A stretch of DNA of 60,560 nt, counting the filler, from Candidatus Coatesbacteria bacterium (GTDB taxonomy: Bacteria > JAFGND01): assembly GCA_016927185.1 (NCBI GenBank). It is 6 parts of 6 records of this genome, joined end to end, with 100 filler letters (N's around TTAATTAATTAA, not from the genome) between each part and the next. Parts side by side here need not be neighbours in the genome. Positions count along the whole stretch, not along the records: positions 46,621 to 49,985 come from JAFGND010000045.1; positions 50,086 to 60,560 come from JAFGND010000046.1; 4 more parts are not named here. The stretch is one strand, 5' to 3'. This document shows, in pieces, positions 49,154-59,315 of this stretch (its first letter is position 1; each line of letters begins with the position of its first letter). Below the pieces are notes generated by a model. It was not told where the DNA came from. It was given only the letters and a program-made list of their open reading frames with translations, and searched no databases. The translations under genes were made by a program, and so were the position numbers.

Positions 49154-49882
49154 ATGTCAGGGAATTATTCCAGAAAAAACGGTAGAAATTATAATCAGTT
49201 AAGACCAATCAATATAGAATTGAATATCCAGGATGCACCGGATGCATCTCTTATCTGGAAGCAGGGAGAAACGCATGTATTGATAGCAGTAAATCTTATG
49301 AGAAGTGTTCCAGGTTGGCTTGAGGGAAGCGAGAAAGGCTGGATTACTGCAGAATACCAAATGCTTCCTGGAGCTACATTACCAAGAGCTCAGCGCGAGA
49401 GAAAAAGCATTAGTGGAAGGACTCAGGAAATCCAGAGGCTTATTGGAAGATCCTTGAGAGCAGTATTCGATCTTACTAGTATTCAGGGAATGACGATAAT
49501 GGTAGATTGTGATGTAATAAAAGCAGATGGGGGAACAAGAACTGCTTCAATATGTGGAGGATTTCTGGCATTATCCATAGCTTCTTCCAGATGGTTGAAA
49601 GAAGGACTTATAGAATCAAATCCCATAAAAGAGAGATTAGCAGCAGTAAGCCTGGGAAAAGTAAATAGCAGTCTGCTTCTTGATCTGGATTACACTGAAG
49701 ATTCCTCTGCGGAAGTGGATTTTAATCTTGTAATGACGGAAAACCGTGGTATTATTGAATTGCAATCAACTTCAGAAGGAGAGCCATTACCTGCAGATCA
49801 ACTTGAAATTGCTGTGGAACTAGGTATGAAAGGTATTCTTGAAATAATTAAATCAACAAGCGAATTCCAATTAAAAAGGTAG
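49154..49882 (+). CDS. rph: Ribonuclease PH
   Basis: GWITAEY.MLP, SGRTQEIQRLIGRSLR, DCDV..ADGGTRTA, DLDY.ED. Confidence 0.96.
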   Translation: MSGNYSRKNGRNYNQLRPINIELNIQDAPDASLIWKQGETHVLIAVNLMRSVPGWLEGSEKGWITAEYQMLPGATLPRAQRERKSISGRTQEIQRLIGRSLRAVFDLTSIQGMTIMVDCDVIKADGGTRTASICGGFLALSIASSRWLKEGLIESNPIKERLAAVSLGKVNSSLLLDLDYTEDSSAEVDFNLVMTENRGIIELQSTSEGEPLPADQLEIAVELGMKGILEIIKSTSEFQLKR

Positions 49883-50086
49883 ATATGCTTTCATCATTCG
49901 AGAAGAGATTCAGACTTATTCTTTTTGGTTTTATAATAGTGTTGTTGTTTGTTATTTTTGGGAACATTATATTATACAACAGAACNNNNNNNNNNNNNNN
50001 NNNNNNNNNNNNNNNNNNNNNNNNNNNNNTTAATTAATTAANNNNNNNNNNNNNNNNNNNNNNNNNNNNNNNNNNNNNNNNNNNNT

Positions 50087-50815
50087 GGACAGGAAATCTG
50101 GAAAGTTCCCTTGAGTGGGGAGACAAGAAATGGAGTAACAATAGCTAATAATTCCATTTATTACATAGATAATGGCAATTTCATTTGCAGGGACTTTAGC
50201 AGTAATGAGAAATGGAGATATGATGGAGTGGGAAATAATCATCGCCAGGCAATATCTGCGATCCAGATAAATGGAGATATAATAGTACCAGGCAGTCAAT
50301 GGCTTTTTTGTTTTTCTCCAGAAGGATCCTTGAAATTCAGGATAACAATGGCAAATTTCAACACAATAATAACAGATAAGAACAGCAATATATTTGCATA
50401 TTTACATGCATATGGTTTATATGATTTAGCTTGTTATAACTCACAGGGTGATACATTATGGACAAGGATATTGGATAATTACACTTCTGGTTTTGAAATG
50501 TGCCTGAATGTTAATGGTGACATTGTTTTAGGATATCATTCTATAATTTACTGTTATTCTACCAAAACTGGTTTCTCTTCTTCCACTTCCTCTTCCTACC
50601 TCCCCTCTCAATCTCTTTCTGCAAGCCCTAACCCCTTTTCAACCCGCTTGTCAGTTTCGCTATCTTCCTCAGGGGCAATCTATTCCCTGATAGGTCAGCT
50701 TATAATGAAGTTGGATAAAGGCAAGCATTCTGTTGACACAAGTAAATGGAGAGAGGGAGTTTATATAATAAAGTCTGGCAAGGAATGCAAGAGGGTGGCA
50801 AAAGTAAGGAAATAA
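50087..50815 (+). CDS. C-terminal part of a beta-propeller protein with short T9SS type A-like CTD (5' truncated)
   Basis: Frame is open from the contig start; SPNPF...GVYIIK tail. Confidence 0.8.
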   Translation, partial: GQEIWKVPLSGETRNGVTIANNSIYYIDNGNFICRDFSSNEKWRYDGVGNNHRQAISAIQINGDIIVPGSQWLFCFSPEGSLKFRITMANFNTIITDKNSNIFAYLHAYGLYDLACYNSQGDTLWTRILDNYTSGFEMCLNVNGDIVLGYHSIIYCYSTKTGFSSSTSSSYLPSQSLSASPNPFSTRLSVSLSSSGAIYSLIGQLIMKLDKGKHSVDTSKWREGVYIIKSGKECKRVAKVRK

Positions 50816-50910
50816 GCAAAAAGAACTAATATTGAAGATTATTTATAATTGATTTCTGACATATTAATGCAATAAAGATCATTAATTCAAATATCATGAA
50901 GTTGAGAGTA

Positions 50911-52692
50911 TTATTTAAGAAACTCCTTGAAGGTCAGCTGCAGACTTAATAATCTATGCAGTAATCTACCTGAATTTATCTCCAGATTGTGCTTTTGGGG
51001 AAAAACGCTTCTGTAAATCCTTTTCAATTGCGGTATCCTTTTGGTATATGATCTGACTAAAGAAGGCTTTTTATCAGGAATAAGAAACAAGTCTATCTCT
51101 TCTTTGAGTTTATTCAAATCAACATATTCCGACAATATTGAATCTTTTTCCAGAAGAGTCTGATACAAGAATTTTGACCATCCTGGATTCTTCAAGCACA
51201 TTTCCTTGAAGGAAAATTCGTTATTACTTTCTGCCTGAATTTTAAAAAGCCTTGGTTCAATATCACATATCACTTTTTTATAAAGATATTTATTTTTTCT
51301 GAAATCTCCTGATAATGAAGTAACAAAATTGAAAAGATCATAATCAAGACCAGGGTTTCTTGAAATAAAGAATTTGTGCTTGAAGTAATTCCCAGGGCCT
51401 TGAAAGAATATTTTTCTGACATAAAATAAGACAAAATCTCTCTTATCAAGTCTGTTTTCATAATGTTCTGCATTTTTCAAATAACTGCTTATTATTTCCC
51501 TGTTTATATCATCCAATTCCATGTATGCATTTCTTTTAAGAATTCTTTTAAGGAATGATTGATTTTCAAGGTAATTCAATCCAATATGCTCATACATTTC
51601 AAGATCATTATCTGGAATATCATCATAACCAAAGTATTGATCCCCGTGAAGAAGAATTTCTATTCCTAACACTTCTCTTATAGCCTTGAAATGATTGAAT
51701 GAAGAAGGGAATTTAAGAAGATCATCAATAATACCCTCTGAAATCCTTATATAGTCTTTTGTGAATAATGGGAAATCATGTGGATTATATTCAAACCAGA
51801 AGTGTTTGATATTCAACATATCTGATATATCCCTGGCTATATATCCATCAGAATCAGGCAAATGCTGGTTGTAACCCCATGAAATTGTTTTAATATCTGA
51901 TGCCTCTTTCTGTTTTAAAAACAATGCAAGTATTCCTTTTGAGTCCCATCCTCCACTCAAGGCTAATGCATAATTTCCTTTTGTTCTGATTCTCCTTTCC
52001 ACAGCTTTCATAAGATGATGCTTCATTTCATCATATAATAAATCAGGATTATCTTTCCTTTCGTTAGTGAATTTGATACGCCACCAAATGACTTCCCTGT
52101 AGGATACTGGAGTTATCATAAGGGATTTGCCTCCATAAAGTGCTTTTATTCCTTCAATGAAAGCCTCTCCTCCAATCAATGAACCTGAAGTCATGAAACT
52201 CACTATTGCATTATTAGAAGGTTTTAAAGGTTTTTGCAGGAAACCTGAAATTGATTTATATTCAGAAGAGAAGAAGATTCTGTTATTTACTTCAGCATAA
52301 AACAGGTTACCATGCCAGTTCCTGTCTGTAGATAAATAACAAATCATTTTTCCCTTGTCTATGAGAAGTAGTGTAAAACTTCCATTCAGATTATTCAGAA
52401 AATTTTCTCCATGTTGCTTGTACTGAGAGGCAATAAATGATTGGGATGAGATAGACTGGCATTCATCATTAAACATTTCTCCTGCAAACAGAATCACAAG
52501 ATTATCTTCTGTATATGGAAATTCTCCCTCATCAATTAAACCTGTCTTAATTCTTGCCACATGTATATTATCCTGAAAATTAAATTTTTCAACAGAATAA
52601 AATTTCTCATGGATCTGGACTTTTACCATTTCTGGCAATACATCATCCTCTATTTTGTTCTTGAAATCTATTATACCTGTTAATCCTGGCAC
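50911..52692 (-). CDS. Asparagine synthetase-like protein lacking the N-terminal catalytic Cys
   Basis: MPGLTG start, LNGSF, LSGGWDS PP-loop. Confidence 0.82.
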   Translation of the reverse strand: MPGLTGIIDFKNKIEDDVLPEMVKVQIHEKFYSVEKFNFQDNIHVARIKTGLIDEGEFPYTEDNLVILFAGEMFNDECQSISSQSFIASQYKQHGENFLNNLNGSFTLLLIDKGKMICYLSTDRNWHGNLFYAEVNNRIFFSSEYKSISGFLQKPLKPSNNAIVSFMTSGSLIGGEAFIEGIKALYGGKSLMITPVSYREVIWWRIKFTNERKDNPDLLYDEMKHHLMKAVERRIRTKGNYALALSGGWDSKGILALFLKQKEASDIKTISWGYNQHLPDSDGYIARDISDMLNIKHFWFEYNPHDFPLFTKDYIRISEGIIDDLLKFPSSFNHFKAIREVLGIEILLHGDQYFGYDDIPDNDLEMYEHIGLNYLENQSFLKRILKRNAYMELDDINREIISSYLKNAEHYENRLDKRDFVLFYVRKIFFQGPGNYFKHKFFISRNPGLDYDLFNFVTSLSGDFRKNKYLYKKVICDIEPRLFKIQAESNNEFSFKEMCLKNPGWSKFLYQTLLEKDSILSEYVDLNKLKEEIDLFLIPDKKPSLVRSYTKRIPQLKRIYRSVFPQKHNLEINSGRLLHRLLSLQLTFKEFLK

Positions 52693-52862
52693 AGTATCTC
52701 CCTATGTTCTTTTAAGTGATGTTTGTCAGTATAACAACTATTCTGTCAATGCTATTTGACAAAGAAACATTCATAAACTCAGCCATGAAATCATCTACTT
52801 ACTGAAAAAAACTTGTTTACTGTTTGAAATCTTTTCTGATATATCCGATTGTATAGTTGAAA

Positions 52863-52892
52863 TTCAATCCCTCCCTTTACAGAGGGATTGAA
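52863..52892 (-). terminator. Terminator after the Spy/CpxP-like gene
   Basis: TTCAATCCCTC...GAGGGATTGAA 11-bp inverted repeat. Confidence 0.7.
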
Positions 52893-52900
52893 ATCCTGAT

Positions 52901-53338
52901 TTACTCGATATCTTGATCCTTTTTACTTCTTGGTCTTCTTTTGCCTCTCATCTTGCTGCCTATTTCCTTCTTTTTGCTTTCCATTATCTGCATAAATTGC
53001 TTCTTCTGCTCTGGCGTCAATACCTGAAGCATCTTTATCTGATTGGCAATCCTCTTTTTCTGCATTTCAATTCTCAAGGCTCCAATCTTGTCTATCAGAC
53101 CGTTTACTTTTGATTGATCAATTACATTTGATTGCAAGGCAGTACGCATTTCCTGCATGTATTGTTTTATCTGAGAAGCATGTGATTTTATTTCCGTTTG
53201 ATTCTGCTTTCTCATTTCCTTCAGTTTCTGTTTCTGTTCATTTGAAAGACTCTTGAAGAAATCCTTCAGCTCGCCTTTTGCATACAAAGGAATTATCATT
53301 ACAAAAACCAAGCTTAACACTACTGCAATTCTTTTCAC
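52901..53338 (-). CDS. Spy/CpxP-family periplasmic protein
   Basis: Signal peptide; LSNEQ and LTPEQ motifs. Confidence 0.85.
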   Translation of the reverse strand: MKRIAVVLSLVFVMIIPLYAKGELKDFFKSLSNEQKQKLKEMRKQNQTEIKSHASQIKQYMQEMRTALQSNVIDQSKVNGLIDKIGALRIEMQKKRIANQIKMLQVLTPEQKKQFMQIMESKKKEIGSKMRGKRRPRSKKDQDIE

Positions 53339-53418
53339 TTTATACCTCCTGATTGTTTCTACTTATAATATACGGAAAATGCAAAAAACTCGCGCAATAA
53401 AAAAAAACTGTCTGGATT

Positions 53419-54351
53419 TCAGCAGTTCAGATCATTCCACATTTTTTGAAGTCCATCTTTCAATGTTGTTCTGGGTTTGTAACCAAGAATATTGAAAGCT
53501 TTTGTTATATCAGCAGAAGTATCTTTGGCATCTATTTCCAGTCCATTCTTATAGACCAGTTTGGGATCTATTCCAGACACTTTTCTTATTATCTCTATTG
53601 CACCAAGAAGGCTGTATCTGCTTCCTCCACCGATATTGAATATCTCACCGCTTGCATTTCCAGAAGAAGCTGCCAGGATGCCTGAAACTACATCATCAAT
53701 ATAAGTAAAATCTCTTGTCTGGTTACCATCACCATAAATCTCTATGCTTTCTCCCTTCTTCATTTTATCAATGATTATCTTGAAAGCCATGTCAGGTCTC
53801 TGTCTTTTTCCATATACTGTGAAAAATCTTAATACGACAGATGGTATCTTGAAGGCCTTGTGATAAACCATTGCCAGATGTTCTCCCGCCAGTTTTGTTA
53901 TACCATATGGAGAAACAGGAGCAGGTATAGTATTTTCATCTGTAGGGAATTTCAATGCATTTCCATAAATGCTACTGCTGGAAGAGTAAACAAATGATTT
54001 GACTGGAATATCAATACAGGCATCCAGCAATTTCTGGGTGACTACTATATTGTGATAAGCATAGTTTGAAAAATCCTTGCCAATGCTTTTTCTTACACCT
54101 GGTTGTGCAGCAAGATGAAAAACATAATCCATTTTCTCAACAATATATCTTAAATCAAGATTTCCAAGTTCCTCTTCAATAAGATCGAATTCAGGATTTT
54201 CTTGCAGTATTGATATGTTATTTCTTTTCAATTCAGTTGAATAGTAAGGAGAAAAACAATCAATTCCCGTAACTTTGAAACCTTTCTCAATCAAGGCTTC
54301 ACATAATGAAGAACCAATGAAACCTGCTGCTCCAGTAACCAATGCTTTCAT
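53419..54351 (-). CDS. NAD-dependent nucleotide-sugar epimerase (UDP-glucuronate 4-epimerase-like)
   Basis: TGAAGFIG, HLAAQPGVR, SSSSIYG, YGITK, RPDMA. Confidence 0.92.
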   Translation of the reverse strand: MKALVTGAAGFIGSSLCEALIEKGFKVTGIDCFSPYYSTELKRNNISILQENPEFDLIEEELGNLDLRYIVEKMDYVFHLAAQPGVRKSIGKDFSNYAYHNIVVTQKLLDACIDIPVKSFVYSSSSSIYGNALKFPTDENTIPAPVSPYGITKLAGEHLAMVYHKAFKIPSVVLRFFTVYGKRQRPDMAFKIIIDKMKKGESIEIYGDGNQTRDFTYIDDVVSGILAASSGNASGEIFNIGGGSRYSLLGAIEIIRKVSGIDPKLVYKNGLEIDAKDTSADITKAFNILGYKPRTTLKDGLQKMWNDLNC

Positions 54352-54367
54352 CTCAACCACCCATCAA

Positions 54368-54394
54368 GAAGCCATAGTCAACTGCTATGGCTTC
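54368..54394 (-). terminator. Hairpin after the T9SS-CTD gene
   Basis: GAAGCCATAG-N7-CTATGGCTTC. Confidence 0.6.
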
Positions 54395-54402
54395 AAGGAA
54401 TA

Positions 54403-55968
54403 TTATTTTATAACTGTAAATCTTCTATTCTGGATAATCTTGCCATTCATTTTTAATACAATATGATAGACTCCTGCAGCACAGGCTTCCATATTTAATA
54501 TTCTTTGTAATTTACCAGTTTCCAGGGCTTTTTCCTTATGTTCTGCTATCCTTTTCCCGCAAATATCATAAATGGTAATTATAACCTCATCATTCTTTCT
54601 TGAACTGTATATCACATTGAGTTTATCAAATACTGGATTTGGATAAATTCTCAATCCTCCCCAGGCAGGCAGTGCTTTCCTGAAAGTCTTGAAACCTGTG
54701 CTGCGTGAAGTAATTGCATATGTATCAGTTCCTCTTCCAGAAACATTCGCATGAACTGCTTTTCCAGTTGCAAGAGCATAATCACCAGTTGGGGAAATAG
54801 ATGAGCTGAACATTGAACCTGGTGAATTGACTGAAAATGCCAATTGCTGGTTCTCTATATCAAGAATGGCTACCTCATTCTCATCAGCAGAAGTTCCCCA
54901 TGTTGTTGTAATGACATAATTTCCAGCCTGGTCGCTGCATATGCTGGAAGGTACGTTCTGTCCGCTTCCTCCTGAAGCTGGGTAATCATAAGTCCATACA
55001 GGAGTGCTACTTGATGAATTATAATATACGAATTTCCTGGTATTGGCTGAAATATTCCATAATTGTCCGAAAACTCTTGAACCATCATCGTTTAATCCCA
55101 CAGCATAAAAATATGATCCACTACCGCTTGCTGTCCATTCCCTGTTATAAGCAGTTCCATTCCATTTATAGAGATACAAAGAACCGAATCCTATAGCTAT
55201 ATAATCTCCATTACCGCTTATTGCATGAGCATCAACTGACGCTGGAGTATTACCGGATCCTCTTTCCACTCCTGTTTCAAGATCCCATACATAAAACTTT
55301 GTTGAGCAACCCATATATCCGTATTTCGAGTTCTTTGAAATCCTTATCTGCCTGAAGGAAGTTTCGCTTCCTGATGGATATAGTGTATATAGGGGAGTTG
55401 CAGAATCAGGCCTGAATACAATTAATGCAACCTGTTGTCCAATTTTTGCACCAGCGATTATATATGATCCATTCCAGTTTGTTTCAACATCAGATATTGC
55501 AGCAGAACCTCCATCATATATCCAGTCTGGAGTTGAAGAGCTGGATGAAGAGAACTTGTAAAGCTTGTTTCTACCCTGGACTATTGCAGCATAAACATTT
55601 GCATTCCATGCACCTGTACACATTGGATAGGTACTGTTATCGAATGCATAAGTTACTGCAGGGGTATTAGAGTTATATGGGAAAACGTACAATGAAGGGC
55701 TGTTCAATGCAAAAGAGACAAAATCATATGCTGTCCCGTCAAGTCTTCCAACTTCACATTTCTGACCTATCTGAGATGCATCATGATATGTCCATGATAA
55801 TTCATAATTGCCTGCGGAAACCCAGGTTGTTTTCGAATTATCCAAAACGCATGAATAGTCACTGCTAAAGTCTTTGATAAAAGAACCTGTTTCATTTATT
55901 ATAGCAATCCTGCTGTTTTGTGCAAAAAGTGCTGTTGAAAGAATGAAAATCAAGAAAAAATACTTCAT
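54403..55968 (-). CDS. Secreted beta-propeller-like protein with canonical T9SS type A CTD
   Basis: Signal peptide; IYPNPV...IYDICGK...GVYHI...FTVIK. Confidence 0.85.
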   Translation of the reverse strand: MKYFFLIFILSTALFAQNSRIAIINETGSFIKDFSSDYSCVLDNSKTTWVSAGNYELSWTYHDASQIGQKCEVGRLDGTAYDFVSFALNSPSLYVFPYNSNTPAVTYAFDNSTYPMCTGAWNANVYAAIVQGRNKLYKFSSSSSSTPDWIYDGGSAAISDVETNWNGSYIIAGAKIGQQVALIVFRPDSATPLYTLYPSGSETSFRQIRISKNSKYGYMGCSTKFYVWDLETGVERGSGNTPASVDAHAISGNGDYIAIGFGSLYLYKWNGTAYNREWTASGSGSYFYAVGLNDDGSRVFGQLWNISANTRKFVYYNSSSSTPVWTYDYPASGGSGQNVPSSICSDQAGNYVITTTWGTSADENEVAILDIENQQLAFSVNSPGSMFSSSISPTGDYALATGKAVHANVSGRGTDTYAITSRSTGFKTFRKALPAWGGLRIYPNPVFDKLNVIYSSRKNDEVIITIYDICGKRIAEHKEKALETGKLQRILNMEACAAGVYHIVLKMNGKIIQNRRFTVIK

Positions 55969-56105
55969 ATGAACTCCTTTCGTTTGCATCAGAATATTTT
56001 CATGCAGAATAATGTCCAGAAATTTCTTTAAAACAATCTTGTTTTATTTCTTGACATGCAATAAAAAAAAATGCTTTCCGTCTAATACAATTTAAGGAGG
56101 CTTAT

Positions 56106-56750
56106 ATGAAAAAAATCGGTTTCTTATTGTCAGTTTTACTTTGCTTGATGATAACGTCAAATTGCGGGAATGATCCTTTTACCCAGCTTGCTAAATGCAA
56201 ATTCAGGATAAAAGAGACAAATGAGCACAGAATAGTTGGCATAGATCCATCAGATTATACATCATGGACTGAAAGCGATCTGGTGAAAATTCTTGATGCT
56301 TACAACAATAAATCAATGCCTAGCTCCTGCAAATTCTCAATAGGCATAGTAAATCCGAATGACGGTACAAACGGAACAACAAAAACAACTGCAACAATGA
56401 TAAAGATGGATTGGAAATTATATATAGACAAATCAGAAACTGAGGAATACGATACTACGTTTCTTGCATCAGGAGCAATGAACAACACTTTCGAAATACC
56501 GGGAACAGGGCAGGAAGTTGAACTGGCACTTGATATAAATTATGATTTGTATACACTTGCAGAAGCAATCGGCATAGAGAAATTCTATAATCTTGTTCTT
56601 GCTGTTGCAGGAGTGGACAGGAATATGAGAACAGACGATCATCTTGGAAAATTCCTGCTCCAGGCAAAACCTATTATTGAAACGCCATTCGGGGATATCA
56701 CTTATCCCGGCTGGATCAATATCCACCTTGATTTCACGGATGGTAGTTGA
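56106..56750 (+). CDS. Putative lipoprotein (LEA_2-like)
   Basis: AAGGAGG SD; signal peptide with Cys; CKFR...NPN...MDWKL. Confidence 0.6.
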   Translation: MKKIGFLLSVLLCLMITSNCGNDPFTQLAKCKFRIKETNEHRIVGIDPSDYTSWTESDLVKILDAYNNKSMPSSCKFSIGIVNPNDGTNGTTKTTATMIKMDWKLYIDKSETEEYDTTFLASGAMNNTFEIPGTGQEVELALDINYDLYTLAEAIGIEKFYNLVLAVAGVDRNMRTDDHLGKFLLQAKPIIETPFGDITYPGWINIHLDFTDGS

Positions 56751-56887
56751 GTTTCTGAAAAGACTGTTTTGCAAAGTCTGTTGACATGGTATTTATCTTT
56801 TCGAAATTATGCAATTGATGAATATTGCTTTACAAGGCTTTGCAAATTTCGCTTGTTTTTTGATTTTATTTTAAAGGAAATCCATTA

Positions 56888-58063
56888 ATGAAAGAAAAGA
56901 ATGATAAATCCATATTAATAGGAGTAACTGGTGGTATTGCTTCAATAAAAACAGCTCTTCTTGTAAGTGATCTGGCAAAGAAAGGTTTTTCAGTATATAC
57001 AATCCTAACTGAAGCAGCATGCAAGTTTGTCACTCCCCTCACTTTCTCTACAATTTCCAGAAATCCTGCAAAGACTGACATGTTTCCATCTCAGCCTTTT
57101 CCAGCACATCTTGAGCCGAAAGAGCTTGCTGATTATGCGGCAATAATCCCTGCAACTGCCAATTTCCTGGGAAAACTTGCACATGGAATTGCTGATGATT
57201 TATTGACTACTGTGTTACTATCTTTCAAGCCAGAGCATGTAATGATAGCTCCTGCAATGAATCCTGAAATGTGGAAAAATCCTGCAGTTCAAGCTAATTC
57301 AAAAATCCTGGCTGAAAGAGGGTATTATTTGATAAGACCTGCAACTGGAAAGGTGGCATGTGGAGATGAAGGAGAGGGAAGATTACCTGAAATAGATGAC
57401 CTCAATTTGCATATTGAAAAAATGATGCAAATCAAGGACTTATGCAAGGAAAGAATAGTCATTACTCTTGGAAGTACTATGGAATATATTGATCCAGTAA
57501 GGGTAATAACAAATCATAGCAGCGGGAAAATGGGTTTGGAAATAGCAAAGGAAGCTTTCAGAAGAGGTGCAAAAGTGACATTAGTCTCTGGCAGATGCGA
57601 AACCAGGATTCCTGAAGTCTTTGATAATCATGATATTAGAACGGCAATAGAATTGCAGAAAAAACTTTTTGAGCTTATGGAATACTCAACTGGCTTGATC
57701 ATGGTTGCTGCTGTTGCAGATTTGAAGCCAAAACAAAGCAGTGTGAAAAAACTCAAAAGAAAGGATCATTCCATTCAATTCATTGCCAATGATGACATAA
57801 TTGCTTCAATAGCAAGAAAATACAGAAAATTAAAAACTGTTGCTTTCTCCTTGCAGGAAGACCTGGAAGATAAAGAAACTGCTTGTACAAAACTTAAGGG
57901 GAAAAATGTGGATATGATTATAGCAAATGAATTCAGTACAATGGGTTCTGAGCTTTCTAAAATAAGAATAATTACTGGAAAGAATGAATTCAATTTCAAG
58001 CAGATGAGCAAAGCTGATTGTGCAAAGAGAATTCTGGATAAATATGCTGGTATTAAGAAATGA
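56888..58063 (+). CDS. coaBC: Bifunctional phosphopantothenoylcysteine decarboxylase/ligase
   Basis: GVTGGIA, PATAN, APAMN, ACGDEGEGR, IDPVR.ITN.SSGKMG, AAVAD. Confidence 0.96.
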   Translation: MKEKNDKSILIGVTGGIASIKTALLVSDLAKKGFSVYTILTEAACKFVTPLTFSTISRNPAKTDMFPSQPFPAHLEPKELADYAAIIPATANFLGKLAHGIADDLLTTVLLSFKPEHVMIAPAMNPEMWKNPAVQANSKILAERGYYLIRPATGKVACGDEGEGRLPEIDDLNLHIEKMMQIKDLCKERIVITLGSTMEYIDPVRVITNHSSGKMGLEIAKEAFRRGAKVTLVSGRCETRIPEVFDNHDIRTAIELQKKLFELMEYSTGLIMVAAVADLKPKQSSVKKLKRKDHSIQFIANDDIIASIARKYRKLKTVAFSLQEDLEDKETACTKLKGKNVDMIIANEFSTMGSELSKIRIITGKNEFNFKQMSKADCAKRILDKYAGIKK

Positions 58064-58842
58064 GCAAAATAAATATTATAATATTAATCATTTTCATAGT
58101 TGCTTTTGCCATAATCTGGTTCAAGGTTACATTACCTTACCTGAAAAACCTGAAAAAGGCAAGGACATTAAGAAATGTAAAAGATATGCTACAGGAAAAC
58201 AAGATAGAAGAGGCAATTAATCTTCTCAGAAACACCGCTGACACGAAGAACCTGAATGATCCAGCTTTTTCAGCGCTTTTCACTGTTCTCATATCATATG
58301 ACAGAATGAAGGAAGCTGAGGAATTGCTGGAAAGCGTTCCAGATGAGCTGAAAAGAACGGATGAGTACTCCTTGCAGAGAGGTTATCTGTTCTATCTGAA
58401 AAAAGATTACAACACTGCCAAATCTCTTTATCAAAGCATAATAGACAAGCAAAGTCCCAAGAAGGGTCTTGCATTATCGAATCTCGGAGCCTTGCTGGTT
58501 CAGACAGGGGAGGCAACAGAAGTTGCTATCAAGTATTTGAAAGAGGCATTGAATGAAAATCCTTCGAACCCAGCCAATTATGGTATTTATTTCAATATAA
58601 GCCTTGCTTACCTTAATCTGAAGCAGTATAACGAAGCCTTGCTGCATGCAGAAGTAGGGCTAGATTTGCTTCCTAAAGACAGTTTTCCAAGCAACAAGGC
58701 ATATGCGCATCATATAATGAGCAAGGCATACAGGGGATTGGGAAATCTGAAGGAAGCAAAAAAGCAACTCATGCTTGCATATGAATTGACTCCTTCTGGA
58801 TCTGCCAGAGACAAGCTGAAAGAGGAACTTGAAGGAATATGA
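58060..58842 (+). CDS. Membrane-anchored TPR protein
   Basis: N-terminal TM segment; TPR-like helical repeats. Confidence 0.8.
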   Translation: MSKINIIILIIFIVAFAIIWFKVTLPYLKNLKKARTLRNVKDMLQENKIEEAINLLRNTADTKNLNDPAFSALFTVLISYDRMKEAEELLESVPDELKRTDEYSLQRGYLFYLKKDYNTAKSLYQSIIDKQSPKKGLALSNLGALLVQTGEATEVAIKYLKEALNENPSNPANYGIYFNISLAYLNLKQYNEALLHAEVGLDLLPKDSFPSNKAYAHHIMSKAYRGLGNLKEAKKQLMLAYELTPSGSARDKLKEELEGI

Positions 58843-59315
58843 TTCTGGATATTGATGAAGCATCTGAATTTATCAGGAACAAACAAGCTGAAGGGAAAAA
58901 AACTGTATTCACGAATGGATGTTTCGATTTGCTGCATTCAGGTCATCTTGATTTGCTTGAAAGAGCCAGTAAGCAAGGAGATATACTGCTGGTTGCAATC
59001 AACAGTGATAATTCCGTAAGAAAACTGAAAGGTGAAAAAAAGCCACTCTTTCCTGAGCAAGAAAGAGCTGAATTGATTGATGCACTAGAACCTGTAGATA
59101 TTGTAGTGATATTTAATGAAGAGACTCCCTTTGAAGTAATTGAAGCCTTGAAGCCCGATGTTTTAATTAAGGGAGGAGACTGGGATATTGATAACATAGT
59201 TGGAAGAGACACTGTATGGAAAAGAGGAGGGAAAGTAATCTCCCTGCCTCTTTTAGAAGGTTACAGTTCGTCCTATGTAATAAGCAGGATAAGAAAGCTG
59301 TTCTGTCCTGATTAG
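58839..59315 (+). CDS. rfaE2: D-glycero-beta-D-manno-heptose 1-phosphate adenylyltransferase
   Basis: VFTNGCFDLLHSGH, NSD.SV.KLKG, KGGDW, GYSSS. Confidence 0.93.
   Translation: MILDIDEASEFIRNKQAEGKKTVFTNGCFDLLHSGHLDLLERASKQGDILLVAINSDNSVRKLKGEKKPLFPEQERAELIDALEPVDIVVIFNEETPFEVIEALKPDVLIKGGDWDIDNIVGRDTVWKRGGKVISLPLLEGYSSSYVISRIRKLFCPD

Noticed and set aside
49885-49985. Start of a membrane-anchored gene after rph (MLSSFEKRFRLILFGFIIVLL...)
   Set aside because: Only 33 codons before the contig break; too short to assign.
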